A stretch of 64,000 nucleotides of DNA from Candidatus Spongiisociaceae bacterium (GCA_965219685.1 CBDCOH010000002.1:128001-192000); one strand, 5' to 3'. Counted from the stretch's first letter, positions 1-9,362 are shown. Notes: generated from the sequence alone by a model not told the origin. A program made the numbers and translations.

Positions 1-2
1 AT

Positions 3-422
3 CCGTTCACGGCGCGGCGGGTAAGCGTCGTCAAGCCCCCGGAGCCAGCCCCCCATGGCATGGTCTACACACACGGAAGTGTGGACCGCGGTAGCGCTTG
101 GGGCGATCATGAGGCGCTGCGAACCGCGATTCAAGAGTGCGTCAACTTCAAGGTGGGCAAGGACCAGTTGGCTAACGCGCCCGACCTTAAATGGTTGGCT
201 GTGGGATTGGACGGAGGGCACTCGGCCTGGCAGTTGAACGAGCACTTCGGTCCCAAGGCCAGCCCACCTTATCCTTTCGAGTCCGTCAACAGCCTTACGT
301 TGGGTTGCTTCGACGAGGTCTGGGTAATAGGGCCTTGCGGTAAAGAGATGTACACGGTAGTGCGGTTGGATGAGCAGTCTCGCCACATTGTTCGTCTCGC
401 TTCAGGGGAAACGTCGCCATAG
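3..422 (+). CDS. Hypothetical protein, 5'-truncated by window edge
   Basis: Frame is open from base 3 through the listed ORF 60..422 to TAG; no recognisable motif. Confidence 0.45.
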   Translation, partial: PFTARRVSVVKPPEPAPHGMVYTHGSVDRGSAWGDHEALRTAIQECVNFKVGKDQLANAPDLKWLAVGLDGGHSAWQLNEHFGPKASPPYPFESVNSLTLGCFDEVWVIGPCGKEMYTVVRLDEQSRHIVRLASGETSP

Positions 423-641
423 TTCGTTTCGCCAGGCGACGGCTGTAGTGAATAGGCCTCTCTGAGTTGGTGTTGGCTCGTCGAAGCGCAGCCGGAGCAA
501 GATAGGTTCCTCCATCGGACCAGAGTGAGAAATCATCGTCCTTCTCGAGTATCGAGACCGGCGCCCTGAAGCGGGTGTGGTCGCAAGACGGATCGCATCG
601 ACAACGTTCGACTTGCCAGAGTTGTTCTCGCCAACCAGCAC
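402..641 (-). pseudogene. Remnant of OLD-family/AAA (GajA-like) ATP-dependent nuclease, N-terminal Walker A fragment
   Basis: LVGENNSGKSNVVDAIRL is a typical Walker A context of OLD/AAA_15 ATPases. An EKDDDFS segment lies in a neighbouring frame, implying frameshifts. Only about 80 codons remain. Confidence 0.6.
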
Positions 642-851
642 TGGGGAGTGCTCGCCCCGGCCACGCTCTCACAGGTGGGCTATCTTTGGAACGGCGATGC
701 ACTCTATGCTGGCGCAGTGTTCTGAGCCAAAGCGATGACGAACCATACCGGACCGGGAGCACTTCCTGGTCCGGGACTCGTGCAACGCTGGGCTACTCGA
801 ACACTCGGGCCGGGTCGCACACTTGCTGGATGGATCGCTCGTGGTTTGCTC

Positions 852-1433
852 CTAGAATAGGTCGGGGTTTCTCTCGTTGACACAGTGGGCAAGCCGGTCG
901 AAGAAGGCCGCCATGTCGGGCTCGTCCACGATGCGTGGCCCGTTTGCAAAGTCGACTTCCACGACCGCGGACGCCTCCATCATCCCTGCTGCCCACGCAG
1001 GGGCGTCGCGGCCCGAAAGCCGCTCGACCGCAGCCCGGAAGAAGTCCACCCACGACGTTCCATCGCTGCGCATAGTGTCGCCGTTGTTGAACAGCATGAG
1101 GTAGCCGGTCACGATCTCCGGCGATTGAAGCTGAACGTTGGCCATCTCGCCCGTCAGGTCGTCTAGGCGGTTTGGAACCGTCCCTGCAATGTTCTTCAGT
1201 ATTGACTTCAGGCTGATCACCAACCTGATCTTCCCTTCGGCGGGCCACACCACATCCCATTTCTTGGAACGTCCTATACCTGGGACAGAAAGCTCCTTGG
1301 TGGCGCCGTTGATGCCGCGCCGGTCGAGTTGCTCGATGCACATGTCGGCCAGCACCTGCAGCCGCCTCGTCGATGTGGGCGTCTCCCTGGCGATCTCGTA
1401 CAGGCTGGTGACGGCGTCCTAGAGCGAGATCAT
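852..1433 (-). pseudogene. Type II restriction endonuclease, PaeR7I/XhoI-like PD-(D/E)xK fold, with premature TAG at codon 5
   Basis: KKWDVV...ISLKS...NRLDDLTGE resembles the PaeR7I/XhoI family core. In-frame ATG at 1433 reads M-I-S-L-TAG(1421-1419)-D-A-V-T-S-L-Y into ORF 852..1355. It lies directly downstream of a DNA methyltransferase. Confidence 0.7.
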
Positions 1434-1459
1434 GACGACCGGTGAAGGAGCCCCACCGC

Positions 1460-2169
1460 TTACAGTTCCATGCCGGGATCGACGTTGCGGATGACGGTGG
1501 CAGGGTGGTCGGGCGTGGCTACCTTCAGCCGGTCTTCGGCGAGGTCGAGGTAGGCGGGTTCGATGTCGTACACGACCGAGTCGCGGCCTGCCAGAGCCGC
1601 GGCGACACAAGTGGTGCCTGACCCGCCGAAGGGATCCAGCACCGTGTCGGCCACGAACGAGAACATTCGGACCAGACGGTTTGCTAGCTCGACAGGAAAG
1701 GGGGCCGGGCGGTCCGGTGACGATGTACCCCCGATGTCCGTCCAGAACGCCCGGTACCACGCGTGATAGTCGTCCTTGGGGATGCGGGACAGCCAGCGCT
1801 GCTCCTCGGTGGGCTTGCGGTAGCCGCCGGGCTTCCGTAGGAGAAGGATGTACTCGATCTCGCTCTTGATGATCCCATTCGGTTCGTACGGCTTGCCCAG
1901 GAAGTAGGTAGGGCCCGCCACCTCGGTCGTCATGTTCGTGCGCTTCCACCAGAAGATGGGGGTCAGGACATCGAAACCGGCCTGGCGGGCTTGGGAGAGG
2001 ATGTCAGCGTGCAGGGGTATAACCCGGTGGCGTCCGTGCTTACGGCGGGACAGGGTGACATCACCGACATTGATACACAGCCAGCCTCCAGGGAGAAGCA
2101 CCCGGTAGCACTCGTCCCACACTCGGGTAAGTTCCTTCTGGAACAGCTCGTAGTCATAGAGGTCACCTA
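1460..2169 (-). pseudogene. Site-specific DNA methyltransferase (N4-C/N6-A, beta class), C-terminal part, interrupted by IS110
   Basis: ECYRVLLPGGWLCINVGD, PAPFPVELANRLVRMFS and motif I VLDPFGGSGTT are present. Catalytic motif IV lies on the other side of the IS. Confidence 0.9.
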
Positions 2170-2171
2170 AT

Positions 2172-2372
2172 GGGGGTCCACCACTTCTGCCGGTGTTTCT
2201 GGGAGGGTGTGGTGGTTGAGCTGGCTGGCCGGTGAGTACTGATGGCACCCGGAACGTTGATTCCTAGAGCTAGAGCGTACCCCGGCCGGTTCGCGAGGGT
2301 GCTTGTAGCGCTCATGGGGTGTCGTGCCGTAGAGCACTGATCCATTAGGTCGCCGCCGGGTGTCCCTCGAAG
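2172..2372 (+). ncRNA. Predicted IS110 bridge RNA (5' stem-loop, target-binding loop, donor-binding loop)
   Basis: Stems: CCACCAC 2178-2184 / GTGGTGG 2209-2215; GGCCGG..GTAC / GTAC..CCGGCC around 2227-2287 with inner GGAA/TTCC hairpin; CGAGGG / CCCTCG around 2294-2369 with inner GTGC/GCAC hairpin. Loop segments match the donor junction and target site. RNA ends are approximate. Confidence 0.8.
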
Positions 2373-2415
2373 CTCTCTGACAATGTTTTGGGACTGTTTC
2401 TGAAGGAGGCAGCAG

Positions 2416-3636
2416 ATGATCTTTGTGGGAGATGACTGGGCTGAGGCGCATCACGATGTGTGTCTGATGGACGAGGCGGGAACTCGGTTGGCTGGACGGC
2501 GGCTGCCGGAGGGCCTGGCGGGGGTGGCCCAGTTGCATGAGATGATCGCCGAGCACACATCGGATCCGGCCGAGGTGGTGTTAGGCATCGAGACCGATCG
2601 GGGCCTCTGGGTCGGTGCTCTGGTCGCAGCGGGCTATCAGGTATATGCGATCAACCCCAAGGCGGTGTCCCGTTACCGGGATCGGCACAGCATGGGCGGA
2701 GCGAAATCAGACCGTGGCGATGCCAAGGTGTTAGCCGATCTGGTACGAACCGACCGTCACAACCATCGTCCCGTGGCCGGGGACAGCCCAGAAGCGGACG
2801 GGATCAAGATCATGGCCAGAGCGCATCAGAACCTGAAATGGGCCCGGGTGCGTCACACCAACCAGATGCGCAACGCCCTCCGCGAATACTATCCCGCAGC
2901 GTTGGAAACGTTCGATGACCTGGCCCATCGCGACGCCCTTGCCGTCCTGGGCAAAGCACCCACCCCCACCCTGGGCACCCGCCTGACACTGCCCCAGATC
3001 AGAGCAGCCCTCCAGAAAGCCGGGAGGCGACGCAACCTCGACAAGGTTGCCCGCCGCATCCAGAAAGGCCTCAGAGGTGCCCACCTCACCGCACCGGAGC
3101 CGGTTGAGAACGCACTCGGGACAACAGTTGCATCACTGGTCAACATCATTGTGGAAACCAACCACCAGATCGAACAGCTCGAGCAAACCCTCGAGACCCG
3201 TTTTAGAGAACACCCGGACGCCGTCATCTACCACTCCCAGCCAGGACTCGGTACCGTGCTCGGCGCCCGGGCGCTCGGTGAGTTCGGGGACGACCCCCAA
3301 CGCTACACCAGCGCCAAGTCTCGCAGGAACTACGCCGGCACGTCGCCCATCACCATCGCATCAGGCCGCAAACACGCCGTCACGGCCCGCCACGTCCGCA
3401 ACCGGAGACTCTACGACGCCCTCGACCAATGGGCATTCTGCACCCTAACCCGAAGCCCAGGCGCCCGAGCCTTCTACGACCAACGACGAGCAGCCGACGA
3501 CGAACACCACCAAGCCCTCCGAGCCCTCGCCAACCGACTCGTAGGCATCCTCCACGGCTGCCTCAAACACCGAACCCCCTACAACGAACACACCGCCTGG
3601 GCCCACCGAACCGCCCTCGACCGAGCCGCAGCTTGA
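2416..3636 (+). CDS. IS110-family transposase/recombinase
   Basis: 406 aa with VGDDWA, GIETD and KSDRGDA (DEDD) and a C-terminal GTSPITIASG serine motif; RBS GAAGGAGG at 2402-2409. Confidence 0.95.
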   Translation: MIFVGDDWAEAHHDVCLMDEAGTRLAGRRLPEGLAGVAQLHEMIAEHTSDPAEVVLGIETDRGLWVGALVAAGYQVYAINPKAVSRYRDRHSMGGAKSDRGDAKVLADLVRTDRHNHRPVAGDSPEADGIKIMARAHQNLKWARVRHTNQMRNALREYYPAALETFDDLAHRDALAVLGKAPTPTLGTRLTLPQIRAALQKAGRRRNLDKVARRIQKGLRGAHLTAPEPVENALGTTVASLVNIIVETNHQIEQLEQTLETRFREHPDAVIYHSQPGLGTVLGARALGEFGDDPQRYTSAKSRRNYAGTSPITIASGRKHAVTARHVRNRRLYDALDQWAFCTLTRSPGARAFYDQRRAADDEHHQALRALANRLVGILHGCLKHRTPYNEHTAWAHRTALDRAAA

Positions 3637-3659
3637 CATTTACGCTCCTGGGGTGTCTA
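3633..3659 (+). promoter_or_regulatory. Half of IS110 circle-junction promoter (-35 TTGACA); -10 TCTAAT completed only after circularisation
   Basis: TTGACA 3633-3638, 17-bp spacer, then TCTA (3656-3659) plus AT (2170-2171) in the circle. Confidence 0.75.
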
Positions 3660-3830
3660 GCTGAGCCGGATTGTCCGGGTACTTCTTGAGTGTCCAGTAC
3701 GGCGGTGAAGTGACTACGAGGGCAGATGATTCATCATCGACGTCCAGCATCCGCCGGGCATCGCTGTGGATCAGCCGGTGATGAGTGGGGGAAAGCCCGT
3801 GCCGTTCGCAGCCAGCTGCAGGTTTTCCAT
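3660..3830 (-). pseudogene. DNA methyltransferase N-terminal part (motif IV TSPPY)
   Basis: Reverse strand reads HHRLIHSDARRMLDVDDESSALVVTSPPYWTLKKYPDNPAQL and joins in frame to GDLYDYELF once the IS is removed. ATG 3830 has a GAGGAG RBS but is one base out of frame at the G5 tract 3787-3791. Confidence 0.85.
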
Positions 3831-4099
3831 TGTCCGCTCCTCAGTTACACGCTTGTAATCTTAGTAAAGCTCGGTCGGGCCCTGCCGGTCGGAACAGGTT
3901 TGCGGACCTGTCTCAGGTCGGGTTACCCACCGCGCACTACGGTGCTTAAAGGTACCGGAGGCATGTGACACACCTTTGAGGCGTCCAAGCTCATCGGCGG
4001 CAAGTGGTAGCTTTCGCTCTGGTCATTACGCAGGCTGGAGGGCGGGCTCATGCCTGACGTAGTCGTGGTTGGTGGTGAAGCAACTAGCCAGGGTGTCCC

Positions 4100-5806
4100 T
4101 CATCCGCGGAGGGTCGCCGTTCTTGCAGTGTCCACGATGAAGGTGGCCGGGTCGACTGACACGCCGTAGTCCTGCTCGGCTGCCTCGACGGATACGAAGC
4201 CGTTGCGGACATCCTTCGCCACCTTTGCGGGATCGCGCTCGAACGGGTTGCCCCAGCCGCCGCCTCCTCCGGTGTTGTTGGCGAGAACCTGTCCGGCTTC
4301 GAGGAAGTTGTAGCTGCTTCCCTTCCGCTCCTCGTTCTCGGTCCCCGGGTCGATCACGATGTGGTTGGGATCGGCTTCCTTGCCGCCGTTGATGCCCCAT
4401 GGAGGGCTCAAGGTCTTGTAGACGATCGAGATGGCCGTGCTGGGGGCGAGGAACCGGTAGACCCTGCTGATGCCCACCCCGCCGCGGTGCTTGCCGGGGC
4501 CTCCGGTGTCGGGTCGGTAGCCGTACTGGTCGATCATTAGGGGACCCTTGATCTCCAGCACCTCCACGGGATTGTTGCGGCAGCCCGGCTCGGACAGATG
4601 CATGATGCCGTCCTCCCCGTCTCCGCCGGCGTGGGCGCCGAACCCGACCGCGTCGTTCATGCCTTCCAGCCACGGACCTCCGGTCCGCGGGTCGACTCCG
4701 AGAGCCATGACGGAGCACACGTCACCTCCCGAACAGGCGGGCACGCGGTCGGGCATCCCCTGTGACAGGGCCTTCAGCATCACCTCGCCGCCCAGCAACC
4801 CGGTCCACAGCGTGAAGGTGGGCATGGGCGGAACGGCGTGCATCACCGATCCTTCCTTGGTGATCACCCGCAACGGGCGGAAGTTGCCGGCCGTCACCGG
4901 CCATTCGGGAGTGGTGAGGCCCTTGAAGATCAGGCAGTTGAACGCCTCGGTCATGCCCCGCGGTAGGTTGATCGGACCGCGAACCCCTTCGTCGCTCCCG
5001 GTCCAGTCGACGATCATCTCGTCGTCGGTGATGGTGATGGTCACGGCCATCTTGATGGGTCTGTCCAGGTCCACCCCGTCGTGGTCCATGTAGTCCTCGG
5101 CGCTCCACGTGCCTTTGGGCATGCGCCGCAGGGCTGCCAGCGCCAGGCGCTCGCCGTGGACGTTGATGGCGTCCATGGCGGCGGTGAGGGTTTCGACCCC
5201 GAACTTCTCGGCGATTTCACGGGTTCGCCTGACCCCGGTCACGACGGCCGACACCTGGGCCTGCAAGTCCCCGATCGTGTGGCTGGGCAGCCGGCTGTTG
5301 AAACGCACGATGTTGAAAATGTCCTCGTTGATCTCCCCTTCCCGGTACAGCTTGACGACGGGGAAGAAGATCCCTTCCTGGTACATGTCGGTGGAGTCGA
5401 GTACGTATCCCGGGTCCTTCTGTTTGAGGTCGAGCACGTGGCACCGGCAGGAAGCAAAGCCGACCAGGCGCCCGTCTATGTGGATAGGGGCGAACACGAG
5501 CGTGTCGAGCGTGTGGGCGGACGACCAGTACGGGTAGTTGTTGATGAACACGTCCCCGGGCTTCATCGCGTCTGTTCCCAGGAACTCGATCGACCGCTTG
5601 ATGCCGTAGTCGTTGCCGCGGGTGAAAACGGCGATGCCCGGAGCGTCGGCGGCGATGTCTCCGTTCACGTCGTGCAGTCCCACCCCGTAGTCGTGGGTTT
5701 CGTAGACGACCGTGTTGTAGGACGTCCGGCAGAGGTTGCGGGCCATCTCCTCGCAGGCCGAGAGGAGCCCGTGACGGATGATCTCGGTGGTGATGGCGTC
5801 AATCAT
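4100..5806 (-). CDS. Hydantoinase B/oxoprolinase family protein
   Basis: MIDAITTEII..EEMARNL, NNYPYW..HTLD, CHVLD, NNPVEVLE, DTGGPGKHRGG and TGGGGGWG motifs. Confidence 0.93.
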   Translation of the reverse strand: MIDAITTEIIRHGLLSACEEMARNLCRTSYNTVVYETHDYGVGLHDVNGDIAADAPGIAVFTRGNDYGIKRSIEFLGTDAMKPGDVFINNYPYWSSAHTLDTLVFAPIHIDGRLVGFASCRCHVLDLKQKDPGYVLDSTDMYQEGIFFPVVKLYREGEINEDIFNIVRFNSRLPSHTIGDLQAQVSAVVTGVRRTREIAEKFGVETLTAAMDAINVHGERLALAALRRMPKGTWSAEDYMDHDGVDLDRPIKMAVTITITDDEMIVDWTGSDEGVRGPINLPRGMTEAFNCLIFKGLTTPEWPVTAGNFRPLRVITKEGSVMHAVPPMPTFTLWTGLLGGEVMLKALSQGMPDRVPACSGGDVCSVMALGVDPRTGGPWLEGMNDAVGFGAHAGGDGEDGIMHLSEPGCRNNPVEVLEIKGPLMIDQYGYRPDTGGPGKHRGGVGISRVYRFLAPSTAISIVYKTLSPPWGINGGKEADPNHIVIDPGTENEERKGSSYNFLEAGQVLANNTGGGGGWGNPFERDPAKVAKDVRNGFVSVEAAEQDYGVSVDPATFIVDTARTATLRG

Positions 5807-7838
5807 CGGTAACCCCCAGTGTTATCACGAGTTCGCCATGCTTCCCCACCACCAGATGATCGCCCGGATGGATGACGGTGGTGCCGGTGTGCTCGACTAT
5901 CACCGCCGGTCCGGCGATCTCGTCATCACGGCGGAGGTCCTCCCTCCTGTACACCCCGGCAGGGACGCGGCGGGCGCCTCCGGCGTCGAGAACGGGCCGG
6001 GTGGCGAACGGCTCGGGCAGCCCGGTCGCCCGGCGAGGAAGTGCCGGCAACCTGGGTTGATCGACCGTCCCGGTGGCGCTCAGGCGCAGCGTCGTGACCT
6101 CGACCGGATCGGTCATCGTGTGGCCGTAGTGGCGATGGTGGAGTTCGGCGAACCGCTCTCCCAGATCTGCGATCGGGTTGGCTGTCCCGGCCGGGAGAGG
6201 GATCGACACCGGATGTTGCTGGCCGGTGTACCTGAGATCGATCGACCGCGCCAGCACCTGCCTCTCGGAAGGGAAGCCCTCCGAGCGCAGCACATCTCCT
6301 GCACGGGCCGACATCTCGGCGTAGGAGGCCTCCAGCTGGCCGGCCTCGAGAGACTCCAGCGGCATCACGGCGGTCTGCGCGAAGTCGTGCTGGACGTCCG
6401 CCATCAGCATTCCCAGCGCGGAGAAGGCGCCCTGGCCCGGCGGGATGATGACAGTGCCCATACACAACTCTCGGGCCACGTCGACCGCCACGATCCCACC
6501 GGCGCCGCCGAACGCCAGGAGCGCGAAGTCCTTCGGGTCGCGGCCCAACTCGATGGTGATGGAGCGCACCGCTCCCATCACCTTGACCGCCGAGATCCGT
6601 ACCACGCCGAGGGCGAGTTCCTCCACTGTTATGCCCATGCGCTGGGCAAGCGGTTCCAATGCGCCGCGGGCCAGGTCCTTGTCGAGGGTCAGGGTCCCTC
6701 CCAGTGGGGTCTCTTGGCCGAGATAGCCCACCACGAGGGCGGCGTCGGTGAAGGTGGCTTCGCTTCCACCGGATCCGTACGAGGCGGGCCCGGGATTGGC
6801 GCCGGCGCTGTGCGGCCCGACCTGGAGTCCTCCGGCTTCGTCGGTCCGGGCGATCGAGCCGCCGCCGGCCCCGATCGTGTGGATGTAGAGGGACGTGATG
6901 TTTATGGGCAGGCTCTCGAACTCGGCGCCTTGGTGCATGACGGGTTGCCCTTCGATGATGAGCGAGGCGTCCAGGCTGGTACCCCCCATGTCGACCGTGA
7001 CAAGGTTGGGTTCCCCGATCATCCGGCCGAAACCCGCCGCACCGATGACGCCTCCCGCCGGTCCCGACAGGATCAGGTTCACAGGGCTCTCGCGGGCGGA
7101 GGAGGCGGTCATCGCCCCGCCGCCGGACCGCATCATCAGGAACCGGCCCTCGAAACCTCCCGCCTCCAGTTCTGCGCCCAGGTCGTACAGGTAGGTCCGC
7201 ACGATCGGCTTGATGTATGCGTCGAGGACCGCCGTGCTGGTCCGCTCGTACTCCCGGTACTCGCGGGAGAGATCCGACGAGATCGACACCTCCACGCCGG
7301 GGGCGACCTCTGCCAGAACCGCCCGCATCGACTCCTCGTGTGCGGGGTTGACGTAGGAGTGCAGGAAGGCTACGGCGACCGCCTCGTAGCCGCCGTCGCG
7401 TATCAGCGCAGCGATCCGGCGAGCGTCGGCTTCGTCGAATTCGGTGTGGACGGAGCCGTCGTACATGAGGCGCTCCGTCACATCGAAGGTGTCGCAGCGT
7501 TCCACCAGGCGGGGAGGGGTGCGGTAGAGGATGTCGTAGTTCCCCTCCCGGGAGGTCCGTCCCAGCAGGTAGACGTCCCGAAACCCTTTCGTGGCTACCA
7601 CGGCCGTTCGGGCGCCGGAGCGGGTCAGGAGTGCGTTGAGGGCCAGGGTGGTGCCGTGGGTGAACAGGGATGTGCCGGCCAGGGCTGCGCCGACCCGGGC
7701 GATCGAGTCGACTACACCCAGGGTCGGGTTCTCCGGCGTCGTGGGAACTTTCTCGAACCGGATCTCCCCGCCGTCGTCGAGATGGACCACGTCCGTGAAC
7801 GTTCCCCCCACGTCGACGGCCAATCGGTTGGCTCTCAT
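5799..7838 (-). CDS. Hydantoinase A/oxoprolinase family protein (ATP-binding subunit)
   Basis: VDVGGTFTD, HGTTLALNALL, REYERTST, ILSGPAGG, DMGGTSLD, IGAGGGS. Start taken at ATG 7838 (MRANRLAV). Overlaps the B-subunit start. Confidence 0.93.
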   Translation of the reverse strand: MRANRLAVDVGGTFTDVVHLDDGGEIRFEKVPTTPENPTLGVVDSIARVGAALAGTSLFTHGTTLALNALLTRSGARTAVVATKGFRDVYLLGRTSREGNYDILYRTPPRLVERCDTFDVTERLMYDGSVHTEFDEADARRIAALIRDGGYEAVAVAFLHSYVNPAHEESMRAVLAEVAPGVEVSISSDLSREYREYERTSTAVLDAYIKPIVRTYLYDLGAELEAGGFEGRFLMMRSGGGAMTASSARESPVNLILSGPAGGVIGAAGFGRMIGEPNLVTVDMGGTSLDASLIIEGQPVMHQGAEFESLPINITSLYIHTIGAGGGSIARTDEAGGLQVGPHSAGANPGPASYGSGGSEATFTDAALVVGYLGQETPLGGTLTLDKDLARGALEPLAQRMGITVEELALGVVRISAVKVMGAVRSITIELGRDPKDFALLAFGGAGGIVAVDVARELCMGTVIIPPGQGAFSALGMLMADVQHDFAQTAVMPLESLEAGQLEASYAEMSARAGDVLRSEGFPSERQVLARSIDLRYTGQQHPVSIPLPAGTANPIADLGERFAELHHRHYGHTMTDPVEVTTLRLSATGTVDQPRLPALPRRATGLPEPFATRPVLDAGGARRVPAGVYRREDLRRDDEIAGPAVIVEHTGTTVIHPGDHLVVGKHGELVITLGVTDD

Positions 7839-7857
7839 CGGCCTTCCTCTCCGCGGA

Positions 7858-9078
7858 TCATGGGTCCACCAACCTTCCTGATCGGATGACCGTACGTTCC
7901 GGTGACCACAACACGTCGGCTCGCTCGAAGGGGTTGCCATTGAGTACCAGGAGATCGGCGGCGGCGCCTTCCCGGATGACTCCCAGGTCCGGTCGTCGCA
8001 GGATGGCTGCGTTGACCGAGGTGGCGGAGCGCAGGACATCGGCCACGGTGTCGACCTCGCAACGGATCCTGAACTCCATCAGCTGTTCGTCTTCCAGGTC
8101 GCCCACCAGGTCGGTTCCCAACCCGATGCGTACTCCCGCCCGGCGGGCGATGTCGATGGATGACAGGCCTGCGTCGAGCACCTCGCGGTTCTTGCGGTCC
8201 GAGACCGCAGGCAACCCGAGGGCGGTGCCCCGCCGTCCCATGGCGTCGTAGGCGATCAGGGTGGGCACCAGGTACGCGCCGTGCTCGGCCATGAGCGCAG
8301 CCGCCTGTTCGGTGATGAGGTTTCCGTGTTCGATGGTCCGCACGCCGTTGGTCACCGAGTGGATGATTGCTTCGGGGGAGTAGGCATGGGCGGCTACGTA
8401 GGAGTCCCGCCGGGACGCCTCGTCGCAGACCGCCCGCACCTCTTGCGCGGAGTACTGCGGACTACGGAGCGGATCCGTGGGAGAGGCCACACCCCCGGAA
8501 GTGAAGATCTTGATGGCGTGGGAACCGGTCCGGAAACGCTCCCGCACCGCCCGTCGCAGATCGTCGACGCCGTCGACGATCTCCCCGGCATGGTGGCCGA
8601 GCACCTCGACGGCCAGATGGCCGGGGCGCGGATCGGCATGTCCTCCGGTCTGGGTGAGACCCGGACCGGTGAAGAGGTAGCGGGGACCGTCGATGAGCCC
8701 CTCGTCGATGGCCATCCGGAGGCCGATGTCGCCGCCCGCGACGTCTCGTACGGTGGTGAACCCGCGGCGTAGGGCGGCTTCCAGGCGCCTGGCGGCCTTG
8801 GCGGCCACGTAGCTCATCGGCAAGGCCTCGTTCTCCGTGAAATCCATGCTCACCAGGTAGGCATGCAAGTGGGCGTCGATCAGGCCGGGTGTCACGACAC
8901 GACCGCGGGCGTCGAGCACCCGCGCCGCCTCCGGGGGCGGACCCTCCAAGCCGACGATCCGCCCACCCTCGGTGTGGATCGGACACTCCACCGGCTCGGG
9001 GCCGACACCGTCGAACACCAGACTGTTAACGATCGACAGCATTTCGGTGGTCAGCTGTGCCTCACTCCCACCGGACAT
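7858..9078 (-). CDS. Metal-dependent amidohydrolase (prolidase-like/imidazolonepropionase-like)
   Basis: PGLIDAHLH, GFTTVRDVAG, IKIFTSGG, AAHAY, IEHG, GTD. Start uncertain (9078 or 9042). Confidence 0.88.
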   Translation of the reverse strand: MSGGSEAQLTTEMLSIVNSLVFDGVGPEPVECPIHTEGGRIVGLEGPPPEAARVLDARGRVVTPGLIDAHLHAYLVSMDFTENEALPMSYVAAKAARRLEAALRRGFTTVRDVAGGDIGLRMAIDEGLIDGPRYLFTGPGLTQTGGHADPRPGHLAVEVLGHHAGEIVDGVDDLRRAVRERFRTGSHAIKIFTSGGVASPTDPLRSPQYSAQEVRAVCDEASRRDSYVAAHAYSPEAIIHSVTNGVRTIEHGNLITEQAAALMAEHGAYLVPTLIAYDAMGRRGTALGLPAVSDRKNREVLDAGLSSIDIARRAGVRIGLGTDLVGDLEDEQLMEFRIRCEVDTVADVLRSATSVNAAILRRPDLGVIREGAAADLLVLNGNPFERADVLWSPERTVIRSGRLVDP

Positions 9079-9362
9079 CCGATCTGCTCCCCACGAACGG
9101 GGAACCGCGGACATCTCGCCACAATCCCGGATAGAGCCATGGACAGCCCGATACCTTCCTGAGTCGGAGTTTGCATACGGTATCAGTGTGCTGCTGAGAA
9201 TTGGAAAGGCACTCGATCCGCCTCCGGCCCACCTGCCTCCCGCCTCGGCGGACATCGATACGTAGGTCGAGGGCCTGAGCGGAGTTCAAGCGCGGCGGCT
9301 CCGGGTGGGCGTCGCGTGATAGGTTCCGTTCAGGTCGCCACGCAGGGTGGAAGGCGGGTTTC

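Larger units (their letters stand above)
2170..3659 (+). mobile_element. IS110-family insertion sequence (~1490 bp)
   Basis: DEDD recombinase ORF, 246-bp 5' non-coding end, no terminal inverted repeats. CTA is shared at 2167-2169 and 3657-3659, and removing the element restores the MTase frame (CAG CTA GGT GAC). Confidence 0.93.

Noticed and set aside
1460-2248. ORF-track 262-aa MTase treated as an intact gene
   Set aside because: Its first ~26 residues come from the IS110 left end and it lacks motif IV, which lies at about 3697-3711.
5778-7889. 703-aa plus-strand ORF
   Set aside because: Antisense shadow of hydantoinase A.
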